From positions 26,419 to 90,418 of the forward strand of contig CAKPFO010000002.1 in NCBI GenBank assembly GCA_934153805.1: a stretch of DNA of 64,000 nucleotides, read 5' to 3'. Source of the DNA: an uncultured Clostridia bacterium. Its GTDB lineage: Bacteria; Bacillota; Clostridia; TANB77; CAG-508. Under the pieces are notes generated by a model. The model had not been told where the DNA came from. It did no database searches and saw only the letters and a list, made by a program, of their open reading frames with translations. Both the position numbers and the translations under genes were made by a program. Shown piece by piece: positions 28,607 to 38,032 of this stretch (position 1 is its first letter; each line of letters opens with the position of its first letter).

Positions 28607-30994
28607 CTACAAAATCTCCAATCCTGCAAACTTAGCCATCAAACGTTTATGACCTACTTTATCAAAGTTTATATCTACTTTTGCATCTTCTCCTTCTTGT
28701 TCTACATAATTGATTGTTCCTTCCCCAAACTTTTTATGGTATACCCTTTGGCCAGCCTGATATTTAGATATATCTACATTATCTTTTGATGCTGTATTTA
28801 ATGTTTTTAAGAAATTTTCTGCAGTTCTAAAAGCAAAGCCACTTTTTGTATCCACAGTTTGTGCATTTGCTGTTGATAACTTACTTGTACTTGCTGCAGC
28901 AACTGCATAATTTCCAGAATCTTCATTAAATTTATATGTTTTTACTTTTCCTGCATAATTTGTTCCATAGCTCCATCCATAATTACTGTCCTCAAAGCTC
29001 TCATTCTTAGAATTGTTTAGTTCTTCATAACCTTCTAATAAATCTGATGGTATTTCACTTACAAATCTTGATATTGAATTATAGCTTGTAGAGCCGAATA
29101 TTGTTCTATGTTTTGCACAAGTCAAATGTAAATATTGTTTTGCCCTTGTTATTCCTACATAAAATAAACGTCTTTCTTCTTCTAACTCTTTTGGCTCTCC
29201 TATTGATTTATATCCAGGGAATATTCCTTCTTCCATTCCTACTAGAAATACTACAGGGAACTCTAGTCCTTTTGCACTATGTAATGTCATTAAAGTAACC
29301 ATGTCATCTGTTTCTTCTAGATTATCTACATCACTAGATAATGTAATTCCTTCTAGGAAATCATTCAAAGTATTATCTGCTTCTTGTTCTTCAAACTCTA
29401 CGGCTACTGTAACTAGTTCTTCCAAGTTTTGAATCCTACTTTCTGCTTCTACAGAATTTTCTAATTCTAGCGCTTTTGTATATCCAGATTTATTTAAAAC
29501 TTCTTTTAATAATTCAGATATAGTAAGCTCATCCTTTTTTGCTTTTAGTTCTTCTATAAGTGCTACAAATTCTCTAGAATTTGCAAACACTCTGTTTAGT
29601 CCATATTGTTCTGCATTTTTTATTATTTCATATGCAGATACTCCTGTTCTTTCTGAAATCTCTTGTATACTATCTAAACTTGTTTTTCCTATTCCACGTT
29701 TTGGTTCATTTATAATTCTTCTTAAAGATAAGTTATCTGATGTATTTGCAATTAATCTTAAATAACAAAGTGCATCTTTTATTTCTTTTCTTTCGTAGAA
29801 TTTAAGCCCCCCAATTACTTTGTATGGAATTGCTTCTCTATTTAGTATATCTTCTATTGCTCTTGATTGAGAGTTCATTCTGTACAATACCGCAAAGTCA
29901 GAGTAATTATAATATTCTTCTGTTTTCAAATGATTTATTTGTTCTACTATATATCTTGCTTCATCATATTCGTCATCACCTTGATAAATATTAGGTAGAT
30001 GTCCCTCTTCGTTTTCTGTCCATAATTTCTTATCGTATTTGTTTTCATTATTTTTAATTACTGCATTTGCTGCTTTTAATATATTTCCTGTACAACGATA
30101 ATTTTGTTCCAATTTTATAATAGTTGTTCCAGGAAAATCTTTTTCAAAGTTTAAAATATTAGAAATATCAGCACCTCTAAAAGAGTAAATTCCTTGGTCA
30201 TTATCTCCAACAACTGTTATGTTTCCATGATAAGATGCTAAAATGCTAACTAATGTAAATTGTGCTTTATTAGTATCTTGGTACTCGTCTACTAATACAT
30301 ATTTAAATTTATTTGCATAATATTCTAATACATCTGGATTTTCTGTTAATATTTTTATAGTATAGTTTATTATATCATCAAAATCTATAGCATTATTTTC
30401 TTTTAATCTTTTTTGATATAAAGCATAAATTTCTGCTATTTTAGATTTTCTATAATCTCCTGCATATTTTGTAGCATAGCTAGATGGTTCTAACATTTCA
30501 TTTTTTCCATTGCTAATTTCAGATAAAACACTTCTGTCATTAAACATTTTGTCATCTATATTTAATGATTTTAAACATTCCTTTATTAATGTCTTTTGGT
30601 CAGATGTATCAAATATTATAAATGAAGATTCAAAACCAATTCTATCTATGAACTTACGTAAAATTCGCACGCAAATAGAGTGGAATGTTCCTATCCACAT
30701 ATCTTTTACAGCATCTCCAACTAAATTTTCTATTCTATCTTTCATTTCTTTAGCAGCTTTATTTGTAAATGTTATAGCAAGTATATTCCATGGAGCTACA
30801 TTTTTTTCACTCATTAAATATGCTATTTTATGTGTTAATACTTTTGTTTTTCCACTTCCTGCCCCAGCTATAACAAGGCATGGTCCTTCTGTTTGTAAAA
30901 CTGCTTCTCTTTGTTTATCATTTAATCCTTCTATCAAATCTTGCATTTGCTTTAACATTCCTTCCCATATTGTTTTAATTTCTTTGCATAGCAT
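28607..30994 (-). CDS. pcrA: ATP-dependent DNA helicase PcrA (UvrD/Rep superfamily 1)
   Basis: Helicase motifs VIAGAGSGKTKVLTHKIAYL, VDEYQDTN, VVGDNDQGIYSFRGA, LEQNYRC, TLHSAKGLEFPVVFLVGMEEGIFP, YVGITRAKQ, plus the PcrA-type C-terminal QRVYHKKFGEGTI domain. The true start may be one of the internal Met codons (30958 or 30946). Confidence 0.85.
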   Translation of the reverse strand: MLCKEIKTIWEGMLKQMQDLIEGLNDKQREAVLQTEGPCLVIAGAGSGKTKVLTHKIAYLMSEKNVAPWNILAITFTNKAAKEMKDRIENLVGDAVKDMWIGTFHSICVRILRKFIDRIGFESSFIIFDTSDQKTLIKECLKSLNIDDKMFNDRSVLSEISNGKNEMLEPSSYATKYAGDYRKSKIAEIYALYQKRLKENNAIDFDDIINYTIKILTENPDVLEYYANKFKYVLVDEYQDTNKAQFTLVSILASYHGNITVVGDNDQGIYSFRGADISNILNFEKDFPGTTIIKLEQNYRCTGNILKAANAVIKNNENKYDKKLWTENEEGHLPNIYQGDDEYDEARYIVEQINHLKTEEYYNYSDFAVLYRMNSQSRAIEDILNREAIPYKVIGGLKFYERKEIKDALCYLRLIANTSDNLSLRRIINEPKRGIGKTSLDSIQEISERTGVSAYEIIKNAEQYGLNRVFANSREFVALIEELKAKKDELTISELLKEVLNKSGYTKALELENSVEAESRIQNLEELVTVAVEFEEQEADNTLNDFLEGITLSSDVDNLEETDDMVTLMTLHSAKGLEFPVVFLVGMEEGIFPGYKSIGEPKELEEERRLFYVGITRAKQYLHLTCAKHRTIFGSTSYNSISRFVSEIPSDLLEGYEELNNSKNESFEDSNYGWSYGTNYAGKVKTYKFNEDSGNYAVAAASTSKLSTANAQTVDTKSGFAFRTAENFLKTLNTASKDNVDISKYQAGQRVYHKKFGEGTINYVEQEGEDAKVDINFDKVGHKRLMAKFAGLEIL

Positions 30995-31115
30995 ATACCA
31001 TTTTTTATAACTTGTCTAGCGAACATTAAAAAAATAATTGACTTTTTTAATAACCGGTAGTAAAATGTTTATGTAACTTGTACTTTGAAATTTAAATATA
31101 TAGGAGGAATAGCTT

Positions 31116-32972
31116 ATGAATGAAAATAATAGATTTTCTTTTGAGCAATCTGGCTTATTAGTTCTTACATTAGCTCAACGTTTACGGCTATATTATCAAC
31201 TAGAATGTTTGACTGGTATTCACTTGCTTGTTGCAGCAATTTCTATTTCTCAGTCTCCACTTTATAAGAGGCTAATAGACTTAGGAATTGAAAAAGATCA
31301 AATATCTCAAATTTGTTCAGACATGTTACAAGAAACATACTTAGCTTACAGCACTCAAAAACCTTTTTGTGTAATAAACCTTAATAGTAATGTATTTGCT
31401 CTATCTGAAGAAGCTTTTAGTATTCTAAATACAGCAGATAATATAGCTAAAAATTATTATTCAAAAAATTATATAGGTTGTAACGAGATTATTTCGGCTT
31501 GCTGTGAGTTCTTACCTATACCTTATGAATGTTTTTTGAAAAAGGCTGGAATCTATCCAGCTCCCAACAATTTGCAAAAGGAGGATATTACTATGAAAAT
31601 ACCCGTTGGTTTATCTGGTTGCTTAACCGTTTTAAATTCAAAATTTTCACCTAATGAAAGTGAATGTACTATTTTAGGGCGTGAAAAAGAAACTTTGTCC
31701 TTACTTCGGATTTTAGCTAAAGCAAAAAAGAGAAATGCCGTATTAATTGGCGAACCCGGTGTAGGAAAAACTGCCATTGTCGAAAAATTTACATGGCTTA
31801 TTGTAACAGGCAATTGCCCTAGTAAATTTAAAGACTACAGTGTAGTCTCTTTGGATGTAAATGCGATTATAGCAGATACACAGTTTAGAGGAAGCGCAGA
31901 AGCACGTTTTAATGCTCTTATCGGTTTTCTGGAAGATAACCCAAAATGTATTTTATTTATTGATGAAATACATACTCTTCTTGGAGCCGGAGCTTGCCGT
32001 GAAGGTGATTTGGATTTAGCAAATGCTTTAAAGCCTATTTTAGCTAGAAGTTCTACACAGGTCATTGGAGCAACTACAAGTGATGAGTACACAAAGTACT
32101 TTTCTAAAGATGGTGCTCTTAAACGTAGATTTGAAAAAATTGATGTAAAAGAACCCAAAATTGCAGAAGTACTCCCTATGATAAGAAATCAGATAAAATG
32201 GCTATCTAGCGTTCATAATGTTGCCGTTTCTGATGAAATTGTTCATATGATTATATTCTATGCTTCTTGCTTTAATAAAGAAACCAAAAATCCTGACCGT
32301 ACACTTGATTTGCTTGACAGAGCAATGGCAACGGCAGAACTTGCTGGTAAAAATGCTGTAGACCGTAATGATGTTTTAGATAATTTCAGTGTTAATAATG
32401 AAATATTAAATAACACACCTGAAAATGTTAAAATTGCCTTGGCAGCGCATGAAGCAGGTCATTTTTTAGTTCATCATTTTTCCAGTGAATTGTCTAATTT
32501 TAAAACTACAGCACTTTCTATTATGCCCGCTGAAGATTACTATGGAGCTCATGTATATGAAATTGACAACAATGTAATACCTTCTAGAACATTAAACTAC
32601 TACATTCAGTATATTGCTTGTTCTTTAGGTGGTAGAATTGCAGAGAAATTATTCTCTTCTGAGCTTTCGGCAGGTGCTAGTGCGGACTTAAAGAAAGCAA
32701 CTGATTTGGCTAAAGTGGTAGTAACCCAGTATGCTTTAGTTGATACCTTTAGTGATAAAAGAGTTTATTTAAACGACAAAGATAGCGCTCCTTTAATTAG
32801 AGAAAATGTCTATCGCATTGATAATGAAATAGACAACCTTCTTAATAAAGCAGAAATGTGTGCTAAATATATCTTTAAACATCATAGAAAGGAGCTTAAT
32901 CTTTTAGTAGACACTTTATTAGAACGGAAAATGCTGTCAGCAGAGGAACTTGATGAATTATTTGCAGAATAA
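31116..32972 (+). CDS. Soluble fusion of a double Clp_N domain, a ClpA/B/C-type D1 AAA+ module and an FtsH-like M41 zinc metallopeptidase domain
   Basis: RBS AGGAGG. Clp_N-like segments (LECLTGIHLLVAAISISQSPLYKRLIDLGI; SEEAFSILNTADNIAKNY...NEIISACCE). D1 motifs ILGREKETLSLLRILAKAKKRNAVLIGEPGVGKTAIVE, ILFIDEIHTLLGAG, LKPILARSSTQVIGATTSDEYTKYFSKDGALKRRFEKIDVKEP, NPDRTLDLLDRA. M41 motifs AAHEAGHFLVHH (HEXXH) and GGRIAEKLF...GASADLKKATDLAKVVVTQYAL. I saw no hydrophobic TM segment. Confidence 0.85.
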   Translation: MNENNRFSFEQSGLLVLTLAQRLRLYYQLECLTGIHLLVAAISISQSPLYKRLIDLGIEKDQISQICSDMLQETYLAYSTQKPFCVINLNSNVFALSEEAFSILNTADNIAKNYYSKNYIGCNEIISACCEFLPIPYECFLKKAGIYPAPNNLQKEDITMKIPVGLSGCLTVLNSKFSPNESECTILGREKETLSLLRILAKAKKRNAVLIGEPGVGKTAIVEKFTWLIVTGNCPSKFKDYSVVSLDVNAIIADTQFRGSAEARFNALIGFLEDNPKCILFIDEIHTLLGAGACREGDLDLANALKPILARSSTQVIGATTSDEYTKYFSKDGALKRRFEKIDVKEPKIAEVLPMIRNQIKWLSSVHNVAVSDEIVHMIIFYASCFNKETKNPDRTLDLLDRAMATAELAGKNAVDRNDVLDNFSVNNEILNNTPENVKIALAAHEAGHFLVHHFSSELSNFKTTALSIMPAEDYYGAHVYEIDNNVIPSRTLNYYIQYIACSLGGRIAEKLFSSELSAGASADLKKATDLAKVVVTQYALVDTFSDKRVYLNDKDSAPLIRENVYRIDNEIDNLLNKAEMCAKYIFKHHRKELNLLVDTLLERKMLSAEELDELFAE

Positions 32973-33034
32973 TGTTATTCTTAAAATTCTATATTACAAC
33001 TAAATATTGATTGAGTTTTTTACTCAAATTGTTA

Positions 33035-33079
33035 AAAACCAGCATGTTAAAAATATTTTTTTACACGCTGGTTTTTTTG
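33035..33079. terminator. Bidirectional terminator between the AAA-M41 gene and the ZIP transporter gene
   Basis: AACCAGCATGT ... ACACGCTGGTT stem followed by TTTTTTT. A second small hairpin, TTGAGT/ACTCAA, lies at about 33012-33027. Confidence 0.6.
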
Positions 33080-33188
33080 CATATTTTTCTAATATTAAAA
33101 ATAAAATTTGTATAAAACCTTTTAATATCAACAATTTTGGTTTGCTTTTTCAATTGACATAATAGCATGTTGTTGTGTGTATTACTTT

Positions 33189-33935
33189 TTATGTTAATTG
33201 CAATGCTAGTAATCCTATTAAAAAACCTAACATATTTCCAACTGCTGTCATTCTACCTTGATATAGTTTGTTAGACTCTGGAACAAGTTCTCCAGAAACA
33301 ATATATAACATCGCACCTGCTGCAAAACTTAAGCATACACTAATCACATCTTTAGATATTCCACCTACTAATGCTCCAAAAAATGCCCCTATCCCTGTAG
33401 TTACTCCAGACATTAACACATAAAATACTACTTTTAACTTTCCCATTCCTCCGTTTTTCATAGGAACTGCCATAGATATTCCTTCTGGTATATCATGTAG
33501 GCAAATAGCTATAGCCAGTGAATATCCTAAAGAAATAGATGCACCAAACCCAGAACCAATTGCTAAACCTTCTGGCAAATTGTGTAATGCTAAACCTATA
33601 CTAACAATAATTCCTGTTTTTAATAAACTATTTGTATCTATACTCATTTTATTTTTCGTGTTAAACTTTTTCTGCACCAATATATCACATATAATCATAG
33701 ATACTATACCTAAAATAATTCCGGCTAATATACTAATTATATTAGAAATTTCCATGGCCTCTGGTATTAAGTCAAAACATATAATTGCAAGCATAAGTCC
33801 TGATGCAAACGATAAGACAAAACTTAAGAATTTATTAGAGGTTCTTTTAAAAGTAACTCCTATAATTCCTCCTATAGTAGTTCCAAAAGTACCAAAAAAC
33901 AAGCCCACTAGCGTAGTTTTTAATAATTCACTCAA
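33189..33935 (-). CDS. ZIP-family (ZupT/GufA-like) divalent metal transporter
   Basis: Polytopic membrane protein with GLALHNLPEGLAIGSGF and CLHDIPEGISMAVPM signatures. TTG start with AAGGAG about 9 nt upstream. Confidence 0.8.
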   Translation of the reverse strand: MSELLKTTLVGLFFGTFGTTIGGIIGVTFKRTSNKFLSFVLSFASGLMLAIICFDLIPEAMEISNIISILAGIILGIVSMIICDILVQKKFNTKNKMSIDTNSLLKTGIIVSIGLALHNLPEGLAIGSGFGASISLGYSLAIAICLHDIPEGISMAVPMKNGGMGKLKVVFYVLMSGVTTGIGAFFGALVGGISKDVISVCLSFAAGAMLYIVSGELVPESNKLYQGRMTAVGNMLGFLIGLLALQLT

Positions 33936-34027
33936 ATAAAACCACTCCTTAAAAACAAACTTTTTTATTAGTTTATTTTTAAAAAGTGGTATTTATTCTT
34001 ATAATAGCTTAAATACTTTTTATTGTA

Positions 34028-35608
34028 TTACTCTATTCCTAAATACTCATCATAAGTTACTTCTCTGTCAATAACTTTGTCTAATTTAATATCAATTATT
34101 CTATTTGCAACAGTTTGTGTTAATTGATGATCATGAGATGTAAATATTATGTTTCCAACAAATTTTTTCATTCCTTCATTTAATGCTGTTATACTTTCCA
34201 TATCTAAATGATTTGTTGGTTCATCCATTATTAGCATATTAGCTCCAGATAGCATCATTTTAGATAATACACATCTTACCTTCTCTCCTCCAGACAATAC
34301 TTTTACATATTTTAAAGCTTCTTCTCCAGAAAATAGCATTCTTCCTAAAAAGCTTCTTACATAAGTTTCATCTGGATCTTTTGAATATTGTCTTAACCAA
34401 TCTGTTATTGTCATATCATCTTCAAATAAATAGTTATTATCTTTAGGGAAATATGTTGAACTAATAGTAGTTCCCCACTCTATCTCTCCCTCGTCTGGCT
34501 CTAATTCTCCTGCTATAATTTGGAATAAAACAGTTTTTGCATTTTCATTATCTGCTAAAAATGCTATTTTATCTCCTTGTTTTACTACAAAAGAAACATT
34601 GTCAAGTAATTTTTCCCCATTTATTGTTTTAGATATATTCTTAACTTTTAAAATTTCTTTTCCTGGCTCTCTATCTGGTTTAAAATCTATATATGGATAT
34701 CTTCTATTAGAAGGTTTTATTTCGTCTAGCTCAATCTTTTCTAATGATTTCTTTCTTGATGTAGCTTGTTTAGATTTAGAAGCATTAGCACTAAATCTTG
34801 CAATAAATGCTTGTAATTCTTTTATCTTTTCTTCTTTCTTCTTGTTTTGTTCCTTCATTTGTTTTAATAAAAGTTGGCTAGATTCATACCAGAAATCATA
34901 GTTTCCAGGGAATACTTTTATTTGTCCAAAGTCAACATCTGCAATGTGTGTACATACTTTATTTAAAAAGTATCTATCATGTGATACTACAATTACAGTA
35001 TTTTCAAAATTAATTAAAAATTCTTCAAGCCATTCTATACTTTTTAAGTCTAAATCGTTTGTAGGCTCATCCAATAATAAAATATCTGGATTTCCAAAAA
35101 GAGCTTGTGCTAAAAGCACCTTAACTTTGTCTTTAGCCTCTAATTCACTCATTAGCTTATAATGGCTTTCTGTGTCAATTCCTAAATCATTTAAAAGTAC
35201 TGCCGCATCAGATTCTGCATTCCATCCATCAAGTTCTGCAAATCTTTCTTCTAGTTTTGCAGCCTTCATACCATCTTCTTCATTAAAATCTGGTTTCATA
35301 TAGATTGCATCTTTTTCTTTCATTATTTTATATAATTCTTCATTCCCCATTATTACTGTATCCATTACAGTATATTCTTCATAAGCAAAGTGGTCTTGCT
35401 TTAAAACAGAAAGTCTTTCTCCTTTTTCTTTTGTAACCTCACCCTTGCTTGGCTCTATATCTCCTGATAAAACCTTTAAAAAAGTAGATTTTCCTGCACC
35501 ATTGGCACCAATAATACCATAGCAACAACCTTTATTAAATTTTATATTTACATCTTCAAAAAGAGTTCTCTTTCCAAAACGTACAGTTACACCAACTGCG
35601 TTTAGCAT
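34028..35608 (-). CDS. ABC-F family ATPase (two tandem ABC domains, no membrane domain)
   Basis: GANGAGKSTFLKVL, LLLDEPTNDLD, charged inter-domain linker (QNKKKEEKIKELQAFIARF), second cassette LSGGEKVRCVLSKMML...LIMDEPTNHLD. Confidence 0.85.
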   Translation of the reverse strand: MLNAVGVTVRFGKRTLFEDVNIKFNKGCCYGIIGANGAGKSTFLKVLSGDIEPSKGEVTKEKGERLSVLKQDHFAYEEYTVMDTVIMGNEELYKIMKEKDAIYMKPDFNEEDGMKAAKLEERFAELDGWNAESDAAVLLNDLGIDTESHYKLMSELEAKDKVKVLLAQALFGNPDILLLDEPTNDLDLKSIEWLEEFLINFENTVIVVSHDRYFLNKVCTHIADVDFGQIKVFPGNYDFWYESSQLLLKQMKEQNKKKEEKIKELQAFIARFSANASKSKQATSRKKSLEKIELDEIKPSNRRYPYIDFKPDREPGKEILKVKNISKTINGEKLLDNVSFVVKQGDKIAFLADNENAKTVLFQIIAGELEPDEGEIEWGTTISSTYFPKDNNYLFEDDMTITDWLRQYSKDPDETYVRSFLGRMLFSGEEALKYVKVLSGGEKVRCVLSKMMLSGANMLIMDEPTNHLDMESITALNEGMKKFVGNIIFTSHDHQLTQTVANRIIDIKLDKVIDREVTYDEYLGIE

Positions 35609-35653
35609 ATTTATTCACATTCCTTTCTCATTTTATTTAACTAACCTGTGCAT

Positions 35654-35682
35654 ATTATATACGATAAAACTACTTTTTTCAA
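35654..35682 (-). promoter_or_regulatory. Candidate sigma-A promoter for the ABC-F gene
   Basis: On the minus strand, TTGAAA (35677-35682), a 17-nt spacer, then TATAAT (35654-35659), about 45 nt upstream of the start codon. Confidence 0.4.
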
Positions 35683-35743
35683 GTTTATTGTTACTTTATT
35701 AATATTTTATTAGTCAAATTGTCTTTTCTTTCCTCCGTAAAGA

Positions 35744-35855
35744 TATCACACTTTTGCAACATTTTTTTATGTATTTATCACACTTTTGCAAATTTTTTCT
35801 GTGTTTGTATCACACTTTTGCAAGCTTTTTTCGTATTTTTATCACACTTTTGCAT
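35744..35855. repeat. Four direct repeats of TATCACACTTTTGCA(A) phased at exactly 32 bp
   Basis: Copies start at 35744, 35776, 35808 and 35840. The inter-repeat segments are also related (T-run then GT.T.T). Intergenic, 136-247 bp upstream of the ABC-F start. Confidence 0.85.
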
Positions 35856-35930
35856 TAATAAATATCAAAGAGTGCCAATATAAACAGAGATTTTTGACAT
35901 TTACATGTAATCCCATTGACACTTTCTTAT

Positions 35931-35973
35931 AACAAAATAAGACCTAACATATTTCTATATTAAATCTTATTTC
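35931..35973. repeat. Direct repeat copy 1 (ACAAAATAAGACCTAACATATTTCTATATTAAATCTTATTTCC)
   Basis: Near-identical to the sequence at 38033-38131 once the 52-bp palindromic insert there is removed. Confidence 0.8.
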
Positions 35974-36086
35974 CACACATATATTTTTTTATTTTGGATT
36001 TGTTATTCTTCTAGTACTTTTTAACAATTCTTACTTTTGCATTTTCTTTCATATCAACCACCTTGCTTATCTTTTTGGCCAGATAT

Positions 36087-37637
36087 CTAAATTGCAAAAC
36101 CAGGTATAACTGCTCTTGTTCCACTAGCAGAATTGTAGCCTGATTCGTAATAACCATCCACATCACAAAAAGCACCTGAATATACAAAAGGCATTGACCT
36201 CAACCACATCGATTTTCTCCCAGTATAGCCAAATCCATTTTTGTGGCTATCTACGTTAGGGTTTAAAAATTTATAATATTTGTATCTTATTCCTTCATTC
36301 CCAGCTGAAGCATAAGCATAAGTATTATAATAACCTTCGCCATATATTTCATTAAATGAAAGGAGCCATATGTAATCTTCCGAATATGAGAGTTCTGTAC
36401 TTGAATATAATTTGCAATATGCTTTCTTTACCTTTTTTATATTAATAATCTTTCTTAAATTTTCATATTGCGAGCCAGCAGTTGATTCCGCCGAACCATT
36501 TAGTAGTGTATATACATTACTTTCTTTCCAACCTCCTTCATTAACATTACTATCTCTCATCTTTTCTCTTTCTATTAACGGATCCATATACTCAAAGCTT
36601 ATTCCAGCATATGTATTATTGCCACCATATACTGTTTTGTCTACTAACTCATCATGATTAAATCCTAATAATCTCACTTTTTTACCGTCTAGGGTAAAAG
36701 TATCTCCTATTCCTATTGTGTATTGTTCTTTTCCCATTGCAAAAGTAACTCCTGCAGTGTCTGAATTTACCTGTTTTTCTCCTGTTCCTTCATTGTCCGA
36801 TATTAACTTTGCAACAGCTTCTAGCGTTCCCCATTCTAAAGTTTGTTCACTTGCTGTGTGCGTTGAATTTACAGATACAATTCCTATATTCTGTATTTTA
36901 GCTGTTGTTACTATTGAATCTGGCTCGTATTCTACTATTGCTGTAACCTTATAATCAACTTCTGCTTGTAACCCTGTTACTGTATATATCTTTTCAGTTC
37001 CTGTATGTACTAACTTTCCATCTATATAATACTCTATTGCTTTTACTTTATCTCTGTCTGGTATTTCTACACTTAATGTCATTTGCCCCATTATTGCGTC
37101 TTTTACATCAACCTCTATGTATCTTCTACAGCCTGTTAAACCACTTGAACTACCATTTTCTCCTGTCGAACCTCCTGTTGTTTCTCCTCCAGTAGATGTT
37201 CCTCCTGTACCTTCTGTTACTTTTGCTGTTCCTCCTACATATGTTATTTTTAAGCTTTTATCTACCTTAAATTCCATTCCATTGTATGTAATATACATTT
37301 CTTCTGCATTTTCTAGATTAGGTATTCCTCCTGTTACGCTTGCAGATTTATTTAAAGCTATTGCATATATTGCATTATCTTTATCCAAATATTCTGCAAA
37401 ATCTTTTAATGTTGCTTGTCCCTCTTTTTCTATTTGTATTTCACTAGCTTTTAATTCTAACTTTTCTTTAGCTTGTGCTATTAGTGTTTCTTGTTGTGCC
37501 CTTTTTGCCTTACCAAATATTCCATTTTCTCCTACTGTTAAATTTATTACTATTGCAGATAATATAATTAACACAATTATTGTTATCACAAGTGTTATTA
37601 ATGTTATTCCATTATTTGATTTTAAAATATTTTTCAT
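36087..37637 (-). CDS. Pilin-like N-terminal helix protein with Gly/Thr/Ser linker, Ig/FN3-like middle and a C-terminal W-L-R-S ... G-x-R-x-(I/V)-P type domain (resembles the domain I remember as DUF6273)
   Basis: RBS AAGGAGAGGGG. N-terminus MKNILKSNNGITLITLVITIIVLIILSAIVINLTVGENGIF is the prepilin-like class common in clostridial proteins. GGTSTGGETTGGSTGENGSS linker. C-terminus ...IWLLSFNEIYG...MWLRSMP...GTRAVIPGFAI. Confidence 0.7.
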   Translation of the reverse strand: MKNILKSNNGITLITLVITIIVLIILSAIVINLTVGENGIFGKAKRAQQETLIAQAKEKLELKASEIQIEKEGQATLKDFAEYLDKDNAIYAIALNKSASVTGGIPNLENAEEMYITYNGMEFKVDKSLKITYVGGTAKVTEGTGGTSTGGETTGGSTGENGSSSGLTGCRRYIEVDVKDAIMGQMTLSVEIPDRDKVKAIEYYIDGKLVHTGTEKIYTVTGLQAEVDYKVTAIVEYEPDSIVTTAKIQNIGIVSVNSTHTASEQTLEWGTLEAVAKLISDNEGTGEKQVNSDTAGVTFAMGKEQYTIGIGDTFTLDGKKVRLLGFNHDELVDKTVYGGNNTYAGISFEYMDPLIEREKMRDSNVNEGGWKESNVYTLLNGSAESTAGSQYENLRKIINIKKVKKAYCKLYSSTELSYSEDYIWLLSFNEIYGEGYYNTYAYASAGNEGIRYKYYKFLNPNVDSHKNGFGYTGRKSMWLRSMPFVYSGAFCDVDGYYESGYNSASGTRAVIPGFAI

Positions 37638-37766
37638 AATCCCCTCTCCTTATTTTCTTTTGTAATATTATTCATTTATATTCTACTATATAGTTATAGC
37701 ATTTTCAAGCTTAAGATGAGTTAATTTATAACTTATTATCCATTAAAATGTACGAGAGGTGTTAAT

Positions 37767-37967
37767 ATAATCTATCTAAATGTAAAAGATATATTAGCAA
37801 AAAAGAATAAATCTAAATATTGGCTTGTACAGCAAATGGAAAGCGATTTTCAATCTGTTACAGATATGATGGAAACTAAAACCATTAGTATTAGATTTGA
37901 AACTATTGAAAAGCTTTGCAGAATTTTAGAATGTACACCTAATGATATTTTTATTTTTAAAGATTAA
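37767..37967 (+). CDS. Small XRE/Cro-type helix-turn-helix protein (YozG-like), no canonical start codon
   Basis: My translation from 37770: IYLNVKDILAKKNKSKYWLVQQMESDFQSVTDMMETKTISIRFETIEKLCRILECTPNDIFIFKD*. RBS GAGAGGTG at 37754-37761. Only ATA (37767) or ATC (37770) sit at the expected spacing. The first in-frame ATG (37833; an earlier draft figure of 37836 was wrong) would remove helix 1. Absent from the ORF track. Confidence 0.5.
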   Translation: MIYLNVKDILAKKNKSKYWLVQQMESDFQSVTDMMETKTISIRFETIEKLCRILECTPNDIFIFKD

Positions 37968-38032
37968 TATATCTTAATCTTATTAAAAAAAGTAGCAAAG
38001 GATTTTCATTTTAGAAAGTCCTTCCTTTTTTC

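Noticed and set aside
31553-32158. 86- and 107-aa minus-strand ORFs
   Set aside because: They are nested antisense within the strongly supported AAA-M41 gene and have no motifs or RBS.
35744-35855. Possible mini-CRISPR array
   Set aside because: The repeats are only ~16 nt with ~16-nt intervening segments that are themselves conserved. There are four units only, no cas genes and no leader-like region. I report it as a phased direct-repeat array instead.
36011-36052. 13-codon micro-ORF (MKENAKVRIVKKY) with a strong AAGGTGG RBS just downstream of the pilin-like gene
   Set aside because: It is too short to evaluate from sequence alone and shows no obvious attenuator structure linking it to the ABC-F gene about 400 nt away. 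It may deserve a look in Ribo-seq data but cannot be supported here.
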